The translations under genes were made by a program, and so were the position numbers. The notes under the pieces are model-generated. The model ran no database searches. It was not told where the DNA came from and saw only the letters and a list, made by a program, of their open reading frames with translations. Shown here in pieces: positions 17,066-27,041 of a DNA stretch of 64,000 nucleotides; the stretch's first letter is position 1; the number at the start of each line of letters is the position of its first letter. The DNA is taken from the NCBI GenBank assembly GCA_040307135.1, contig JAWRKD010000130.1:4231-68230 (forward strand), in the 5' to 3' direction. Origin of the DNA: Desulfovibrionaceae bacterium. Lineage in GTDB: Bacteria > Desulfobacterota > Desulfovibrionia > Desulfovibrionales > Desulfovibrionaceae.

Positions 17066-18466
17066 ATGTTGTTCAGCAAGTCGCCGACCGGATTCCGGCT
17101 GAGCAGGACCCTCGGGGGGGCGGTCCTGTTCGGCCTCGCCCTGGCCCCTGCCCTGGCCCTGGCCCAGGATGCTCCCGCCGAGGCCGCCTCTGCCGCCGAA
17201 AACGTGGTGGAGTATCTCACCCAGTCCAACGCCAACATCATGTGGACGCTCATCGCGTCCGTGCTGGTCATGTTCATGCAGGCCGGCTTCGCCATGGTCG
17301 AGGCCGGTCTGACCCGGGCCAAGAACACCGGCAACATTCTCATGAAAAACATGTTCGACTTCGCCGCCGGTTCCGTGACCTTCTACATCCTCGGCTTCGG
17401 CCTGATGATGGGTCTGGACCACGGCGGGTTCATCGGCCTGTCCAATTTCAACCTCTCGGACTGGACCCCGGCCACGGATGAAGGCCTCTGGGGCTTCACC
17501 TTCTGGTTCTTCCAGTGCGTGTTCGCCGCCACCGCCACCACCATCGTGTCCGGCGCCATCGCCGAGCGCACCAAGTTCGTGGCCTACCTCATCGCCTCCG
17601 TGGCCATCACCGGCCTCATCTACCCCGTGTCCGGCCACTGGATCTGGGGCGGCGGCTGGCTCTCCAAGCTGGAGGCCCCGATGATCGACTTCGCCGGCTC
17701 CACCGTGGTCCACTCCGTGGGCGGCTGGATCTCCCTGGCCGGCGCCCTGCTCATGGGACCGCGCATCGGCAAGTACTCGCCGGACGGCAAGTCCCGCGCC
17801 ATTCCGGGCCACAGCATGGCCCTGGTGGCCCTGGGCGTGTTCATCCTCTGGTTCGGCTGGTTCGGGTTCAACCCCGGCAGCACCGTGGCCGCGCAGGCGA
17901 ACATCGCCCTCATCGCCGTGACCACCAACCTGGCGGCCTGCACCGGCGGCCTGGCGGCCATGATCACCGCCTGGGTGCGCTACGGCAAGCCCGACGTCTC
18001 CATGAGCTTCAACGGCGTCCTGGCCGGTCTGGTGGCCATCACCGCCGGTTGCGCCAACGTGAGCCCGGACGGCGCCATGATCATCGGCCTGTTGGCCGGT
18101 GTGGCCGTTGTCCTCTCCGTGGACTTCATCGACAAGGTCCTCAAGATCGACGACCCGGTCGGCGCCATCTCCGTGCACGGCGTGTGCGGCGCCCTGGGCA
18201 CCATCTGCGTGGGCCTCTTCGCCAGCCCGGACTACGGCGGGGTGGCCGGCCTGTTCTACGGCGGCGGCATGACCCAGCTCACCACCCAGCTCATCGGCGT
18301 GGGCACCGTGTTCCTCTGGGCCTTCGGCACCGGTCTGGTCCTCTTCTTCATCCTCAAGGCCACCGTGGGCATCCGCGTGCCGGCCGAGGAAGAAATCAAG
18401 GGCCTGGACATCACCGAGCACGGCCAGGAGGCCTACAGCGGCTTCCAGATCTTCACCAACGAATAG
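17066..18466 (+). CDS. amtB: Ammonium transporter (Amt family)
   Basis: 466 aa. Signal peptide, then WTLIASVLVMFMQAGFAMVEAG...DFAGSTVVHSVGGW...GFNPGS...SVHGVCGALGT are Amt signatures. RBS AAGGAGGAAG. Confidence 0.95.
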   Translation: MLFSKSPTGFRLSRTLGGAVLFGLALAPALALAQDAPAEAASAAENVVEYLTQSNANIMWTLIASVLVMFMQAGFAMVEAGLTRAKNTGNILMKNMFDFAAGSVTFYILGFGLMMGLDHGGFIGLSNFNLSDWTPATDEGLWGFTFWFFQCVFAATATTIVSGAIAERTKFVAYLIASVAITGLIYPVSGHWIWGGGWLSKLEAPMIDFAGSTVVHSVGGWISLAGALLMGPRIGKYSPDGKSRAIPGHSMALVALGVFILWFGWFGFNPGSTVAAQANIALIAVTTNLAACTGGLAAMITAWVRYGKPDVSMSFNGVLAGLVAITAGCANVSPDGAMIIGLLAGVAVVLSVDFIDKVLKIDDPVGAISVHGVCGALGTICVGLFASPDYGGVAGLFYGGGMTQLTTQLIGVGTVFLWAFGTGLVLFFILKATVGIRVPAEEEIKGLDITEHGQEAYSGFQIFTNE

Positions 18467-18496
18467 CCGGAAGCCCGAGAGAAGGAGAAATACACA

Positions 18497-18829
18497 ATGA
18501 AGCTGATCGTAGCCTACATCCGGCCCGACCGCCTGAACGCGGTCAAGCAGGAACTGTACGCCAAGGAAATCTACTCCCTGTCCGTGACCAACGTCCTGGG
18601 CGCCGGCCGCCAGAAGGGCTTCACCGAAACCTATCGCGGCGTGGTCATGGAAGTGAACCTGCTCAAGAAGGTCCGTCTGGAGATCGGCGTGAACGACGAC
18701 TTCCTGGACAAGGCCATTGAGTCCATCAAGAAGGGCGCGCACACCGGCAAGGAAGGCGACGGCGTGATCTTCGTCACCGAGTTGGCCAAGGCCCTGCGCA
18801 TCCGCACCGGCGAGGACGGCATCCTGTAG
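18497..18829 (+). CDS. glnK: P-II nitrogen regulatory protein
   Basis: 110 aa. MKLIVAYIRPDRLNAVKQEL; T-loop GAGRQKGFTETYRG; GDGVIFVTEL...IRTGE. It lies immediately downstream of amtB. Confidence 0.9.
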   Translation: MKLIVAYIRPDRLNAVKQELYAKEIYSLSVTNVLGAGRQKGFTETYRGVVMEVNLLKKVRLEIGVNDDFLDKAIESIKKGAHTGKEGDGVIFVTELAKALRIRTGEDGIL

Positions 18830-18854
18830 AACCTGCGCATCCTCACAGGCATAC

Positions 18855-18883
18855 GGGGGCGGCCTTCGGGCCGCCCCTTTTCC
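18855..18883 (+). terminator. Intrinsic terminator after glnK
   Basis: GGGGGCGGCC-TTCG-GGCCGCCCC followed by TTTTCCGTT. Confidence 0.7.
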
Positions 18884-18900
18884 GTTCTGCAACGGGCGCA

Positions 18901-18936
18901 AAAAAAGGCGGGGTTTCGGCCCCGCCCTTTTTTGTC
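18901..18936. terminator. Bidirectional terminator between glnK and metK
   Basis: A6-GGCGGGG-TTTCGG-CCCCGCC-CT6. It has an A-tract on one side and a T-tract on the other, and lies 16 nt beyond the metK stop. Confidence 0.6.
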
Positions 18937-18951
18937 AAACCGCTTTCACGC

Positions 18952-20121
18952 TTACAGCTTGCAGGCCGTGCGCAGGTCGGCCACGGCGTCGGTCTGCTCC
19001 CAGCGGAACTCGGGGAGCGCGCGGCCGAAATGGCCGTAGTTGGTGGTTTCGCGGTAGATGGGCCGCTTCAGGTCCAGACGCTTGATGATGAAGTAGGGGC
19101 GCATGTCGAAGACCTCGCGCACGGCCTTGGTCAGCGCCGCGTCGGACACCGGGCCGGTGCCGTGGGAGGTGCAGAGCACGGACACGGGCTCGGCCACGCC
19201 GATGGCGTAGGCGATCTGGACCTCGGCCACCTCGGCCAGCCCGGCGGCCACGATGTTCTTGGCCACGTAGCGGGCCATGTACGCACCGGAGCGGTCCACC
19301 TTGGAGGGGTCCTTGCCGGAGAACGCGCCGCCGCCGTGGGCGCCTGCGCCGCCATAGGTGTCCTGGATGATCTTGCGGCCGGTGAGGCCGCAGTCGCCCA
19401 CCGGTCCGCCGATGACGAAACGGCCCGTGGGGTTCACGTAGATCTTGAGCTTGTCGTCCAGCAGCTCCTGGGGCAGCGAGTGGAAGATGACTTCCTTCTT
19501 GATGGCCTCCACCAGGTCGGCGTAGTCCACGCTCGGGTGGTGCTGGGCCGAGACCACCACGTTGTCGATGCGCACCGGCTTGCCGTCCTCGTACTCCACG
19601 GCCACCTGGGTCTTGCCGTCAGGCCGCAGGAAGTCGAGAATACCCTCCTTGCGCACGAAGGTCAGCCGCCGGGAGAGCTTGTGGGCCAGATAGATGGGCA
19701 TGGGCATGAGGGCGTCGGTCTCGGTGGTGGCGAAACCGAACATCATGCCCTGGTCGCCGGCGCCCTGCTCTTCGGGTTTCTGGCGTCCCACGCCCTGGGC
19801 GATGTCCGCGGACTGCTTGTCGATGGAGGAAATGACCGCGCAGGTCTCCCAGTCGAAGCCCATCTCCGAACTGTTGTAGCCGATGCCCTTGACCGTCTCG
19901 CGCACGATGTTGGGCAGGTCGGCGTAGGCCTTGGTGGTGATCTCGCCGGCGATGAAGGCCATGCCCGTCGTCACCAGGGTCTCGCAGGCCACGCGGGATT
20001 CGGGATCCTGGCCGATGAGGGTGTCGAGCACGGCGTCGGAAATCTTGTCGGCCACCTTGTCCGGGTGGCCCTCGGTCACGGACTCCGAGGTGAACAGGTA
20101 CTTGCCCTTGGGTCTGATCAT
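18952..20121 (-). CDS. metK: S-adenosylmethionine synthetase
   Basis: Internal ATG at 20121 (RBS AAGGAGGAAG) gives 389 aa. [22 protein letters not shown]...[12 protein letters not shown]...[16 protein letters not shown] are MetK signatures. Confidence 0.95.
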   Translation of the reverse strand: MIRPKGKYLFTSESVTEGHPDKVADKISDAVLDTLIGQDPESRVACETLVTTGMAFIAGEITTKAYADLPNIVRETVKGIGYNSSEMGFDWETCAVISSIDKQSADIAQGVGRQKPEEQGAGDQGMMFGFATTETDALMPMPIYLAHKLSRRLTFVRKEGILDFLRPDGKTQVAVEYEDGKPVRIDNVVVSAQHHPSVDYADLVEAIKKEVIFHSLPQELLDDKLKIYVNPTGRFVIGGPVGDCGLTGRKIIQDTYGGAGAHGGGAFSGKDPSKVDRSGAYMARYVAKNIVAAGLAEVAEVQIAYAIGVAEPVSVLCTSHGTGPVSDAALTKAVREVFDMRPYFIIKRLDLKRPIYRETTNYGHFGRALPEFRWEQTDAVADLRTACKL

Positions 20122-20150
20122 GAGGCTTCCTCCTTGAACATTCACGATCC

Positions 20151-20525
20151 TCACGGGCCCTCGATCCGGCCCTCCAGGACTTCCACGGCCCGGTTCTCCC
20201 GGTCCACCAGGACGGTCCTGGGACGGAACGCGGCCCACTCCTCGGCGGCCAGCCAGACGTAGGCCGCCACGATGACCCGCTGTCCGGGGCGGCCCTTGTG
20301 GGCGGCGGCCCCGTTCAGACAAATCTCACCCGGCCCTCCGGGGATGGCGTAGGTGGTGAACCGCTCCCCGTTGTCCAGGTTGTACACGTCGATCCGCTCG
20401 AAGGGCAGGATGCCCGCGGCCCGCAAAAGTTCCGGGTCCACGGCCAGGCTGCCCCGATACTCCACGTTGCCGCCGGTGATCACGGCCCCGTGGATCTTTG
20501 CGCTCAAAAAACAGCGAGAAGGCAT
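20151..20525 (-). CDS. panD: Aspartate 1-decarboxylase (pyruvoyl-dependent)
   Basis: 124 aa inside ORF 20151..21332, starting [30 protein letters not shown] (Gly-Ser self-processing site)...NGAAAH. Confidence 0.9.
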   Translation of the reverse strand: MPSRCFLSAKIHGAVITGGNVEYRGSLAVDPELLRAAGILPFERIDVYNLDNGERFTTYAIPGGPGEICLNGAAAHKGRPGQRVIVAAYVWLAAEEWAAFRPRTVLVDRENRAVEVLEGRIEGP

Positions 20526-20530
20526 GATCC

Positions 20531-21379
20531 TTAACCTGCCAGCAACGTGTTGTCTATGAGCCGGGCCTTGCTCATGAACAGGGCCACGGCCAGCAGCGCC
20601 GCCCCCCGGACCTCTTCCATGGGCTCCAGGGACTCGGGGTCCACCAGCCGGGCGTAGTCCAGACGAGCCATGGGCACCCGCTCGGCATAGAAGGCCTCCA
20701 GGTCCGCCAGGATTTTGGCGCTCCGGCGCTGTCCCTGGCCCACCTGCTCCGCGGCCCGCAGCAGGCCCTGGTGGATGCCCGGCGCGGCGCGCCGTTCCTC
20801 GTCGGTCAGGAACACGTTGCGCGAACTCAAGGCCAGGCCGTCGGCTTCCCGCACGATGGGCCGCCCCACCACCTCGAGCGGGAAGTGCAAATCCCGGACC
20901 ATGCGGCGGATGATGGCCAGCTGCTGCCAGTCCTTTTCCCCGAACACGGCGAAGGTGGGCTGGGCCAGGTGGAAGAGCTTGGCGACCACGGTGGTCACGC
21001 CCTTGAAGTGCGTGGGCCGGGTGGCCCCGCAGAGCCCGCGGGCCAGGTCCGGCACCTCCACCCAGGTGGCGTGGTCCGGGGCGTACATGGCCCCGGGTTC
21101 GGGCGCGAAGAGCAGGTCCACTCCGTGCTCCCGGGCCAGGGCCGCGTCGCGCTCGAAGTCGCGGGGATAGCGGCCCAGGTCCTCGTTGGGACCGAACTGG
21201 GTGGGGTTCACGAACAGGCTGACCACCACGCGGTCCGCCCGCTGGCGGGCGAAGTCCATGAGCGAGAGGTGGCCGGCGTGAAAATAGCCCATGGTCGGGA
21301 CCAGGCCGGTGGCCAGTCCCTGGGCCCGCCAATGCAGGCTGGCTTTCTGGAGCGCCTGGGGCTCGCGGATGATGTCCAT
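20531..21379 (-). CDS. panC: Pantoate--beta-alanine ligase
   Basis: ATG at 21379 gives 282 aa. LVPTMGYFHAGHLSLM...VSLFVNPTQF...HFKGVTTVV...FGEKDWQQ are PanC motifs. The longer track ORF begins at a TTG. Confidence 0.9.
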   Translation of the reverse strand: MDIIREPQALQKASLHWRAQGLATGLVPTMGYFHAGHLSLMDFARQRADRVVVSLFVNPTQFGPNEDLGRYPRDFERDAALAREHGVDLLFAPEPGAMYAPDHATWVEVPDLARGLCGATRPTHFKGVTTVVAKLFHLAQPTFAVFGEKDWQQLAIIRRMVRDLHFPLEVVGRPIVREADGLALSSRNVFLTDEERRAAPGIHQGLLRAAEQVGQGQRRSAKILADLEAFYAERVPMARLDYARLVDPESLEPMEEVRGAALLAVALFMSKARLIDNTLLAG

Positions 21380-21486
21380 ATTCTTGGAGCGGGTGCTACC
21401 CTCTTTTCCCGGGCTTGTCCACCGAGGCCCCGGGACCCTGGAAAGCCCCTTGAGCAAACAGGATTGTCAAGATAAGGACATGGGTT

Positions 21487-23907
21487 ATGCGCGCCTATAA
21501 AGACCCCTTCGCGGCGGGCCCCGGGGCCCTGGACCGGCAGGATCTGGTGGAGTACGAGCACGCCCTCAAGGACGCCGTCCACCAGTTCCTGCCCTTCGCC
21601 TCCTACAGCCTGTTCTTCCCGCGCTCCGGCCAGGAGGACCAGGCCGAGGCCCGGCCCGAGTACCGCGCGGCCGACGCCGAGGTCTTCCTGCCTCTGGTGC
21701 TGCGCGGCCGGCTCCTGGGCTGGTTCGTGGCCCGCGGGGTCAGGCTGCCCGCGCCCAAGACCTCCCTGGCCTATCTCCAGGCCCTGGCCTCGGCCACCCT
21801 GGAGCGCCTGGTCCTCTACAAGCAGGGCGTCACGGACCCGGTGACCGGGCTGGCCAACCGCGCGCACTTCCTGCACTGCCTGACCCAGGAGATCGGCCTC
21901 ATCAAGGGCTGCCTCCTGCCCGCCGCGGGCCAGCGCCTGGACGCCGACCTGCCGAGCTTTTCCGGCTGCCTGGGCCTGGTGCTCATGGACCTGGACTGCT
22001 TCCAGCGCATCAACGAAAACTACGGCTACGCCACGGGCGACCGCATGGTGGCCGAGGTGGGCGCGGTGCTGGCCCGGGTCTGCCCCAAGCACGTCATCGC
22101 CGCCCGGCTCCAGGACGACGCCTTCGCCCTGCTCCTGCCCGACGCCACGCCGCGAGCCAGCTTCCAGCTGGCCGAGGTGATCCGCGAGGAGGTGGCCAAG
22201 CTGGCCGTCACCGACGAACTCACCGGCGACCGGCTCCAGGTCTCGGCCAGCCTGGGCGTCATCAACTATCCCCAGGGCCTGTCCGGGGTCCAGCTCAAGC
22301 GCGGCGACCGCGAGCAGGCCCGCATCCTGCTGCGCAAGGCCCGCAAGGCCGTGGGCACGGCCAAGGACCACGGCCGCAACCGGGTCTTCTCCTACGCCGA
22401 AATCCTCAAGTCCGGCGGCCGGGTCCTGGAGGTCCTGCCCCTGAACCGGCTGGCCGTGAGCCTGGGCCGTTCGGTGGACGCCCAGGAGGGCCGCCGCTTC
22501 CTGGTCTGGTCGCCCAAGTACCAGAAGACCGCCGAGGCCCGGCTCACCGAGGAGGACCGCCTGCTGGGCAGCTACCCCACGCTGTACAAGGGCGAGGTGG
22601 TGCTCACCCTGGTCCAGGACGAGATGAGCTTCGCCGAGGTGCTGCACGCCGCGGACCCCTCCTGGGCCATGGAGGCCGGCGACCGCCTGACCCTGGTGCA
22701 GGAGGGCGAGAGCCCCTTCGAAAGCGAGGCCTCGGCCGAGGCCGCCGCCGCGCCCCAGAAGGACATCCTCACCGGGCTCTACTCCTACCGCGACTTCCTG
22801 GCCTGGTTCGGCCGCGCGCGCCAGAAGCCCGCGGGCTTCTGCCTGGCCCTGCTGCGCCTGCAGGACCAGGGCGGGGAGCACAGCGCCCATTTCCAACAGT
22901 ATATGGACGGCCAGGTGCGCAAGCTGGCCGAGCTGGCCGCCGAGACCCTGGGGGCCGAGCCCACGGGCGGCCGCTTCGGCCTGGGCGGGCTGGCCTATTT
23001 CCTGCCCGAGCGCGAGCCCGCCGAGGTCCTGGCCCAGTTCCAGGCCCTCTGCGCCGCGGCCTCGGAGCGGCTGTCCCAGAACCTGGCCGTGGGCATCGCC
23101 CGCCACCCCTACCTGCGCTTCGACCGGGCCGCGGCCCTGGAGAACGCCCGCAAGGCCCTGGACCACGCCCTGCTCCTGCCGCCGCCCCGGGCCGCCCTGT
23201 TCGATTCGGTGTCCCTGAACATCGCCGCGGACAAGCTCTACATGGACGGCGACATCTTCGGCGCCCTGGAGGAATTCAAGCTGGCCCTGCTGGCCGACGA
23301 GAACAACCTCACGGCCCGCAACTCCCTGGGCATCTGCCTGGCCCAGCTGGGCCGCCTGGAGCAGGCCCGCCAGCACTTCGAGCTGGTCATCGCCGCCAAC
23401 CCCAAGGACATCATGGCCCACTTCAACCTGGGCCGGGCCTGCCAGCGCCTGGGCGACCTGAAGCGCGCCCGCGAGGCCTACCGCCGCTGCCTCAAGCTGG
23501 ACCCGCGCCACGTTTACAGCCTGCTGCGCCTGGGCACCCTGGCCGAGCGCGAGAACAAGCCTGCCCAGGCCGAGAAGTTCTACCTCCAGGCCGCTGAGCT
23601 GCCCGAGGGCGGCAAGCTGACCCTGCGGCCCCTGGCCCGGGTCTGCCTGGCCCGCGGCCGCACCGAGCAGGCCCGCGAATACCTGCACCTGGCCCTCAAG
23701 GCCAACCACAACGACGCCCAGGCCATGCACCTCCTGGCCCGGCTCTACCTGGACTCGGGCGAGGACCCGCAGATCGCCGAGGTCCTGGCCCGCCAGAGCG
23801 CGGCCCTTGCGCCGGACAAGGAGGAGTATTGGCAGACCCTGGCCCGGGCCTTGGAGGCCCAGGGCAAGGACGAGGAGGCGCGGCAGGTGGAGCTGCGGCG
23901 GAGCTAG
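21487..23907 (+). CDS. Multidomain signalling protein: two degenerate GGDEF-like domains plus C-terminal TPR repeats
   Basis: 806 aa. First domain: DPVTGLANRAHF...LVLMDLDCFQRINENYGYATGD...ARLQDDAFALLLP (GGDEF replaced by QDDAF). Second domain: DILTGLYSYRDF...GGRFGLGGLAYFLPE. The C-terminus has several TPR units (ARNSLGICLAQLGRLEQARQHFELVIAANPKD...). Confidence 0.8.
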   Translation: MRAYKDPFAAGPGALDRQDLVEYEHALKDAVHQFLPFASYSLFFPRSGQEDQAEARPEYRAADAEVFLPLVLRGRLLGWFVARGVRLPAPKTSLAYLQALASATLERLVLYKQGVTDPVTGLANRAHFLHCLTQEIGLIKGCLLPAAGQRLDADLPSFSGCLGLVLMDLDCFQRINENYGYATGDRMVAEVGAVLARVCPKHVIAARLQDDAFALLLPDATPRASFQLAEVIREEVAKLAVTDELTGDRLQVSASLGVINYPQGLSGVQLKRGDREQARILLRKARKAVGTAKDHGRNRVFSYAEILKSGGRVLEVLPLNRLAVSLGRSVDAQEGRRFLVWSPKYQKTAEARLTEEDRLLGSYPTLYKGEVVLTLVQDEMSFAEVLHAADPSWAMEAGDRLTLVQEGESPFESEASAEAAAAPQKDILTGLYSYRDFLAWFGRARQKPAGFCLALLRLQDQGGEHSAHFQQYMDGQVRKLAELAAETLGAEPTGGRFGLGGLAYFLPEREPAEVLAQFQALCAAASERLSQNLAVGIARHPYLRFDRAAALENARKALDHALLLPPPRAALFDSVSLNIAADKLYMDGDIFGALEEFKLALLADENNLTARNSLGICLAQLGRLEQARQHFELVIAANPKDIMAHFNLGRACQRLGDLKRAREAYRRCLKLDPRHVYSLLRLGTLAERENKPAQAEKFYLQAAELPEGGKLTLRPLARVCLARGRTEQAREYLHLALKANHNDAQAMHLLARLYLDSGEDPQIAEVLARQSAALAPDKEEYWQTLARALEAQGKDEEARQVELRRS

Positions 23908-24821
23908 TCTTTCCCGAACCAGCGCACCCGGCTGAATCGGCGGCGCACCCCGCGCTGGTGCCGCACGGCAGGATGCCCGGCCGCCAGGAACACCCCCAGG
24001 TGGTGCTTCCTGGGCACCCCGTATTTTTCCCCCAATGCGCGGTCGCGCTGGAAGGCGTGGCCCGGGAACCCGAGCATGCACGTGCCCAGGCCCAGGGATT
24101 CCGCCGCCAGCATGGCGTAGGTGGCGGCGATCATGGGGTCGGCGGCGTCGGCAAAGGCCGCGGCGTGAAAATAGAGGCCCAGGGGCGCGCCGTAGAAGAG
24201 CGTATCCCGGCCGGCGGCCCATTCCCGCACATAGAGGTCCACCACCGGGACCAGGAAGCCGCGGAAGGCCTCGGCCGTGGCCCTGTCCAGGAACGGCCGC
24301 AGGAACCAGAAGAGCGGCGGCCGCATGATCCGGCACATGCGGTCCAGGGCCGGGATCATCTCCCCGGCCAGGGTCCGCACACAGTCCCGGCCGTGGAACA
24401 CGGCCCCCTCCACGTCCGTGGGCGGCAGGCCCATGGGCGCGGTGGCGGCCGCCTCCAGGATGCGCTCCACGTCCTCCCGGGACACTTCCTCCGGACGGTA
24501 ATGCCGCACGCTGCGCCGGGCCTGAAGCAGGGCCAGAAGCTGGGCGTGCGTGGCCCGCTCCCGGGCCGGGGCCAGGCCGAAGATGTCGCCGGGCTCCAGG
24601 TCGCGGCCCGAGACCAGGATGGCCCCGCTCGGGCAGACCGTGGCGCAGTGCCCGCAGCCGATGCAGCCGAACAGGCGCTCCTGGTGCACGGCGATCCTCC
24701 CGCCTTCCAGCTCCAGGACCCCGCCCGGGCAGATCCGGGCGCAGAGTCCGCAGAGCGTGCACTTTTCCGGGTCGATCAAGGGGGCGGCCGGGTCGTAGGC
24801 CCGGCCCGTGCGCAGGGCCAT
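23904..24821 (-). CDS. Nitroreductase-family protein with N-terminal 2x[4Fe-4S] ferredoxin domain
   Basis: ATG at 24821 (RBS GAGGAGGA) gives 305 aa. CTLCGLCARICP and CIGCGHCATVCP motifs are followed by nitroreductase-like RRSVRHY...APMGLPP... Confidence 0.8.
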   Translation of the reverse strand: MALRTGRAYDPAAPLIDPEKCTLCGLCARICPGGVLELEGGRIAVHQERLFGCIGCGHCATVCPSGAILVSGRDLEPGDIFGLAPARERATHAQLLALLQARRSVRHYRPEEVSREDVERILEAAATAPMGLPPTDVEGAVFHGRDCVRTLAGEMIPALDRMCRIMRPPLFWFLRPFLDRATAEAFRGFLVPVVDLYVREWAAGRDTLFYGAPLGLYFHAAAFADAADPMIAATYAMLAAESLGLGTCMLGFPGHAFQRDRALGEKYGVPRKHHLGVFLAAGHPAVRHQRGVRRRFSRVRWFGKD

Positions 24822-24853
24822 GGGGTCCTCCTCGGAAGGAATGCGCGGGGCAG

Positions 24854-25612
24854 TCAGCCGTTCCAGAGCAGCAGGATCATGGCCCCCAGGCCCAGGAACG
24901 GGCCGAAGGGCACGGCGGTCTTGAGCCCGTCGGCGTCGGGCCGCCGCAGGTAGGCCACGCTGGCGGCCAGGGCCGTGACCCCGGCCAGGACAAAGATCAT
25001 GGGCAGGGCCAGGGGGCCGCAGAGCGCGCCGATGGAGAGCATGAGCTTCACGTCGCCCAGGCCCAGGCCCTCCATCTTGCGCAGCCGCATGTGCACGAAG
25101 CGCAGAATCCAGAGAAAGCACGAGCCGAGGAGCGCGCCGATGAGCGGCTCCTGCCAGCCCCGGCCCAGGAGAAAGGCCGCCGCCGGATAGGCCAGGGCCG
25201 CGGCGGGCAGGGTCAGGATGTCCGGCAGGATGAAGATTTCCAGGTCGATGGCCCCGGCCGTGAGGCACATCCAGCCGAAGGCCCCATAGACCGGCAGGGC
25301 CCAGGACAGGCCGAAGCGCCAAGCCAGGAGCCCGAACCACAGGCCGCAGCCCAGCTCCAGCAGGATGTAGCGCAGGCCGATGGCCGCGCCGCAGCCCCGG
25401 CAGCGGCCGCGCTGGAGCACGTAGCTCAGCACCGGGATGTTCTCGCTCCAGGTCAGGGTCCTGCCGCAGGAGGGGCAGAAGGAGCGGACCGGGGTCAGAA
25501 TGGACTTTTCCGCCAGGAAACGATGGACCACGCAGGTGGAAAAGCTGCCCAGGACCAGGCCGAGAAGCGCGGCCAGGGCGATCACCGAGGGATCGGCGGC
25601 GGGCACGCTCAT
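24854..25612 (-). CDS. Prepilin peptidase (A24 family)
   Basis: 252 aa inside ORF 24854..27082. CPSCGRTLTWSENIPVLSY...CRGCGAAIGLRY (DiS-P-DiS domain). Membrane aspartates lie in ...GAIDLEIFILPD... and ...GLGLGDVKLM... Confidence 0.85.
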   Translation of the reverse strand: MSVPAADPSVIALAALLGLVLGSFSTCVVHRFLAEKSILTPVRSFCPSCGRTLTWSENIPVLSYVLQRGRCRGCGAAIGLRYILLELGCGLWFGLLAWRFGLSWALPVYGAFGWMCLTAGAIDLEIFILPDILTLPAAALAYPAAAFLLGRGWQEPLIGALLGSCFLWILRFVHMRLRKMEGLGLGDVKLMLSIGALCGPLALPMIFVLAGVTALAASVAYLRRPDADGLKTAVPFGPFLGLGAMILLLWNG

Positions 25613-25717
25613 GGGGTCGGCCTCCCGCCTCGCTTGAACTGCGCCGGTTTTTCCTGCATGAAGAGGCGGGTATCCCAATTCCCCGGGCCCGGCAAGGCCC
25701 CGCGTCAAGGAGCGTCC

Positions 25718-27010
25718 ATGTCCAAGCGCCACCGTTTCCTGCCCGACCTGCATCCCGAGGAGATCGCCGCCCGCCAGCTGGCGGGCCTCAAATGGACCGT
25801 GGCCCACGCGGCCAAGGGCAGCCCGTTCTATCGCAAGCGGCTCAAGGAGGCCGGAGTGGACCCCGCGGGCGTCTCCAGCCTGGACGACCTGCAGAGCCTG
25901 CCCTTCACCACGGCCTACGACCTCCAGGACGGCTACCCCCTGCCCCTGCTCTCCGTGCCCGAGAAGGACGTGGTGCGCATCCACGCCTCCAGCGGCACCA
26001 CGGGCAAGCGCAAGGTCCTGGCCTACACCCAGAACGACATCGACACCTGGAAGCAGATGTTCGCCCGCTGCTACGAACTGGCCGGGCTCACCCCCCTGGA
26101 CCGGGTCCAGGTCTGCGTGGGCTACGGCCTGTGGACCGCCGGGGCCGGGTTCCAGCTGGGCAGCGAATACTTCGGCGCGCTCACCGTGCCCGTGGGGCCG
26201 GGCATGATGGAGATCCAGCTCCAGATGCTCGTGGACTTGAAGACCACCTGCCTCTGCTCCACGGCCTCCATGGCCCTGCTCCTGGGCGAGGAGGTGGAGC
26301 GCCAGGGGCTCAAGGACAAGATCGCGCTCAAGCGCTGCATCTTCGGGGCCGAGTCGCACACGCCCAAGATGCGCCGCCAGTTCGAGCAGGCCCTGGGCCT
26401 GGAGGCCAGCTTCGACATCTCGGGCATGACCGAGCTCTACGGCCCGGGCGCGGGCCTGGAGTGCGAGGCGCGCACCGGCATCCACTACTGGGCCGACCTG
26501 TACATCGCGGAGATCCTCGACCCGGTCACGCTCACGCCCGTGGAACCGGGCCAGATGGGCGAGCTGGTGGTGACCAGCCTCCGCAAGGAGGCCTCCCCGC
26601 TCATCCGCTACCGCACCCGCGACCTCACCCGTCTGCTGCCCGGAGCCTGCACCTGCGGCTACTGCATGCCGCGCCACGACCGCATCCAGGGCCGCTCCGA
26701 CGACATGTTCATCTTCCGGGGCGTGAACATCTACCCCGGCCAGATCGCCGCGGTGCTGGAGAAGTTCAAGCAGCTCTCCTCGGAATACCAGATCTGCCTG
26801 CAGCGCCGGGAAGGCCTGGACCACATGCAGGTGCGCCTGGAGCGCCGGCCCGACACGGCCGAGGAAAGCGCGGCCCTGGCCAAGGCCGTGTCCGACGAGA
26901 TCCGCCGCCAGATCCTGGTGCGCAGCGAGGTGGAGGTCCTGGCCCCGGGCGCGCTGCCGCGCAGCTTCGCCAAGACCAAGCGGGTCCTGGACGAACGGGA
27001 CAACGACTAG
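25718..27010 (+). CDS. Phenylacetate--CoA ligase family (PaaK/F390-synthetase-like) adenylating enzyme
   Basis: ATG at 25718 gives 430 aa. FYRKRLKEAGV...LQSLPFTTAYDL...RIHASSGTTGKRKV (AMP-binding P-loop)...YGPGAG...IRYRTRDL...GRSDDMFIFRGVNIYP. Confidence 0.85.
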   Translation: MSKRHRFLPDLHPEEIAARQLAGLKWTVAHAAKGSPFYRKRLKEAGVDPAGVSSLDDLQSLPFTTAYDLQDGYPLPLLSVPEKDVVRIHASSGTTGKRKVLAYTQNDIDTWKQMFARCYELAGLTPLDRVQVCVGYGLWTAGAGFQLGSEYFGALTVPVGPGMMEIQLQMLVDLKTTCLCSTASMALLLGEEVERQGLKDKIALKRCIFGAESHTPKMRRQFEQALGLEASFDISGMTELYGPGAGLECEARTGIHYWADLYIAEILDPVTLTPVEPGQMGELVVTSLRKEASPLIRYRTRDLTRLLPGACTCGYCMPRHDRIQGRSDDMFIFRGVNIYPGQIAAVLEKFKQLSSEYQICLQRREGLDHMQVRLERRPDTAEESAALAKAVSDEIRRQILVRSEVEVLAPGALPRSFAKTKRVLDERDND

Positions 27011-27041
27011 GACCGCCCGGCCGGGCGGCCAGGAGGAGGCC

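Noticed and set aside
16759-17352. 197-aa minus-strand ORF across the aro/amtB intergenic region
   Set aside because: It runs antisense into amtB and through the AT-rich promoter region. No motif or RBS was seen. The region is better explained by divergent promoters and the leader peptide.
21208-24762. 1184-aa minus-strand ORF
   Set aside because: It is antisense to the GGDEF-TPR gene and out of frame with panC and the nitroreductase gene. The sequence is low-complexity (G/A/Q/V/L/R) and no motif was recognised.
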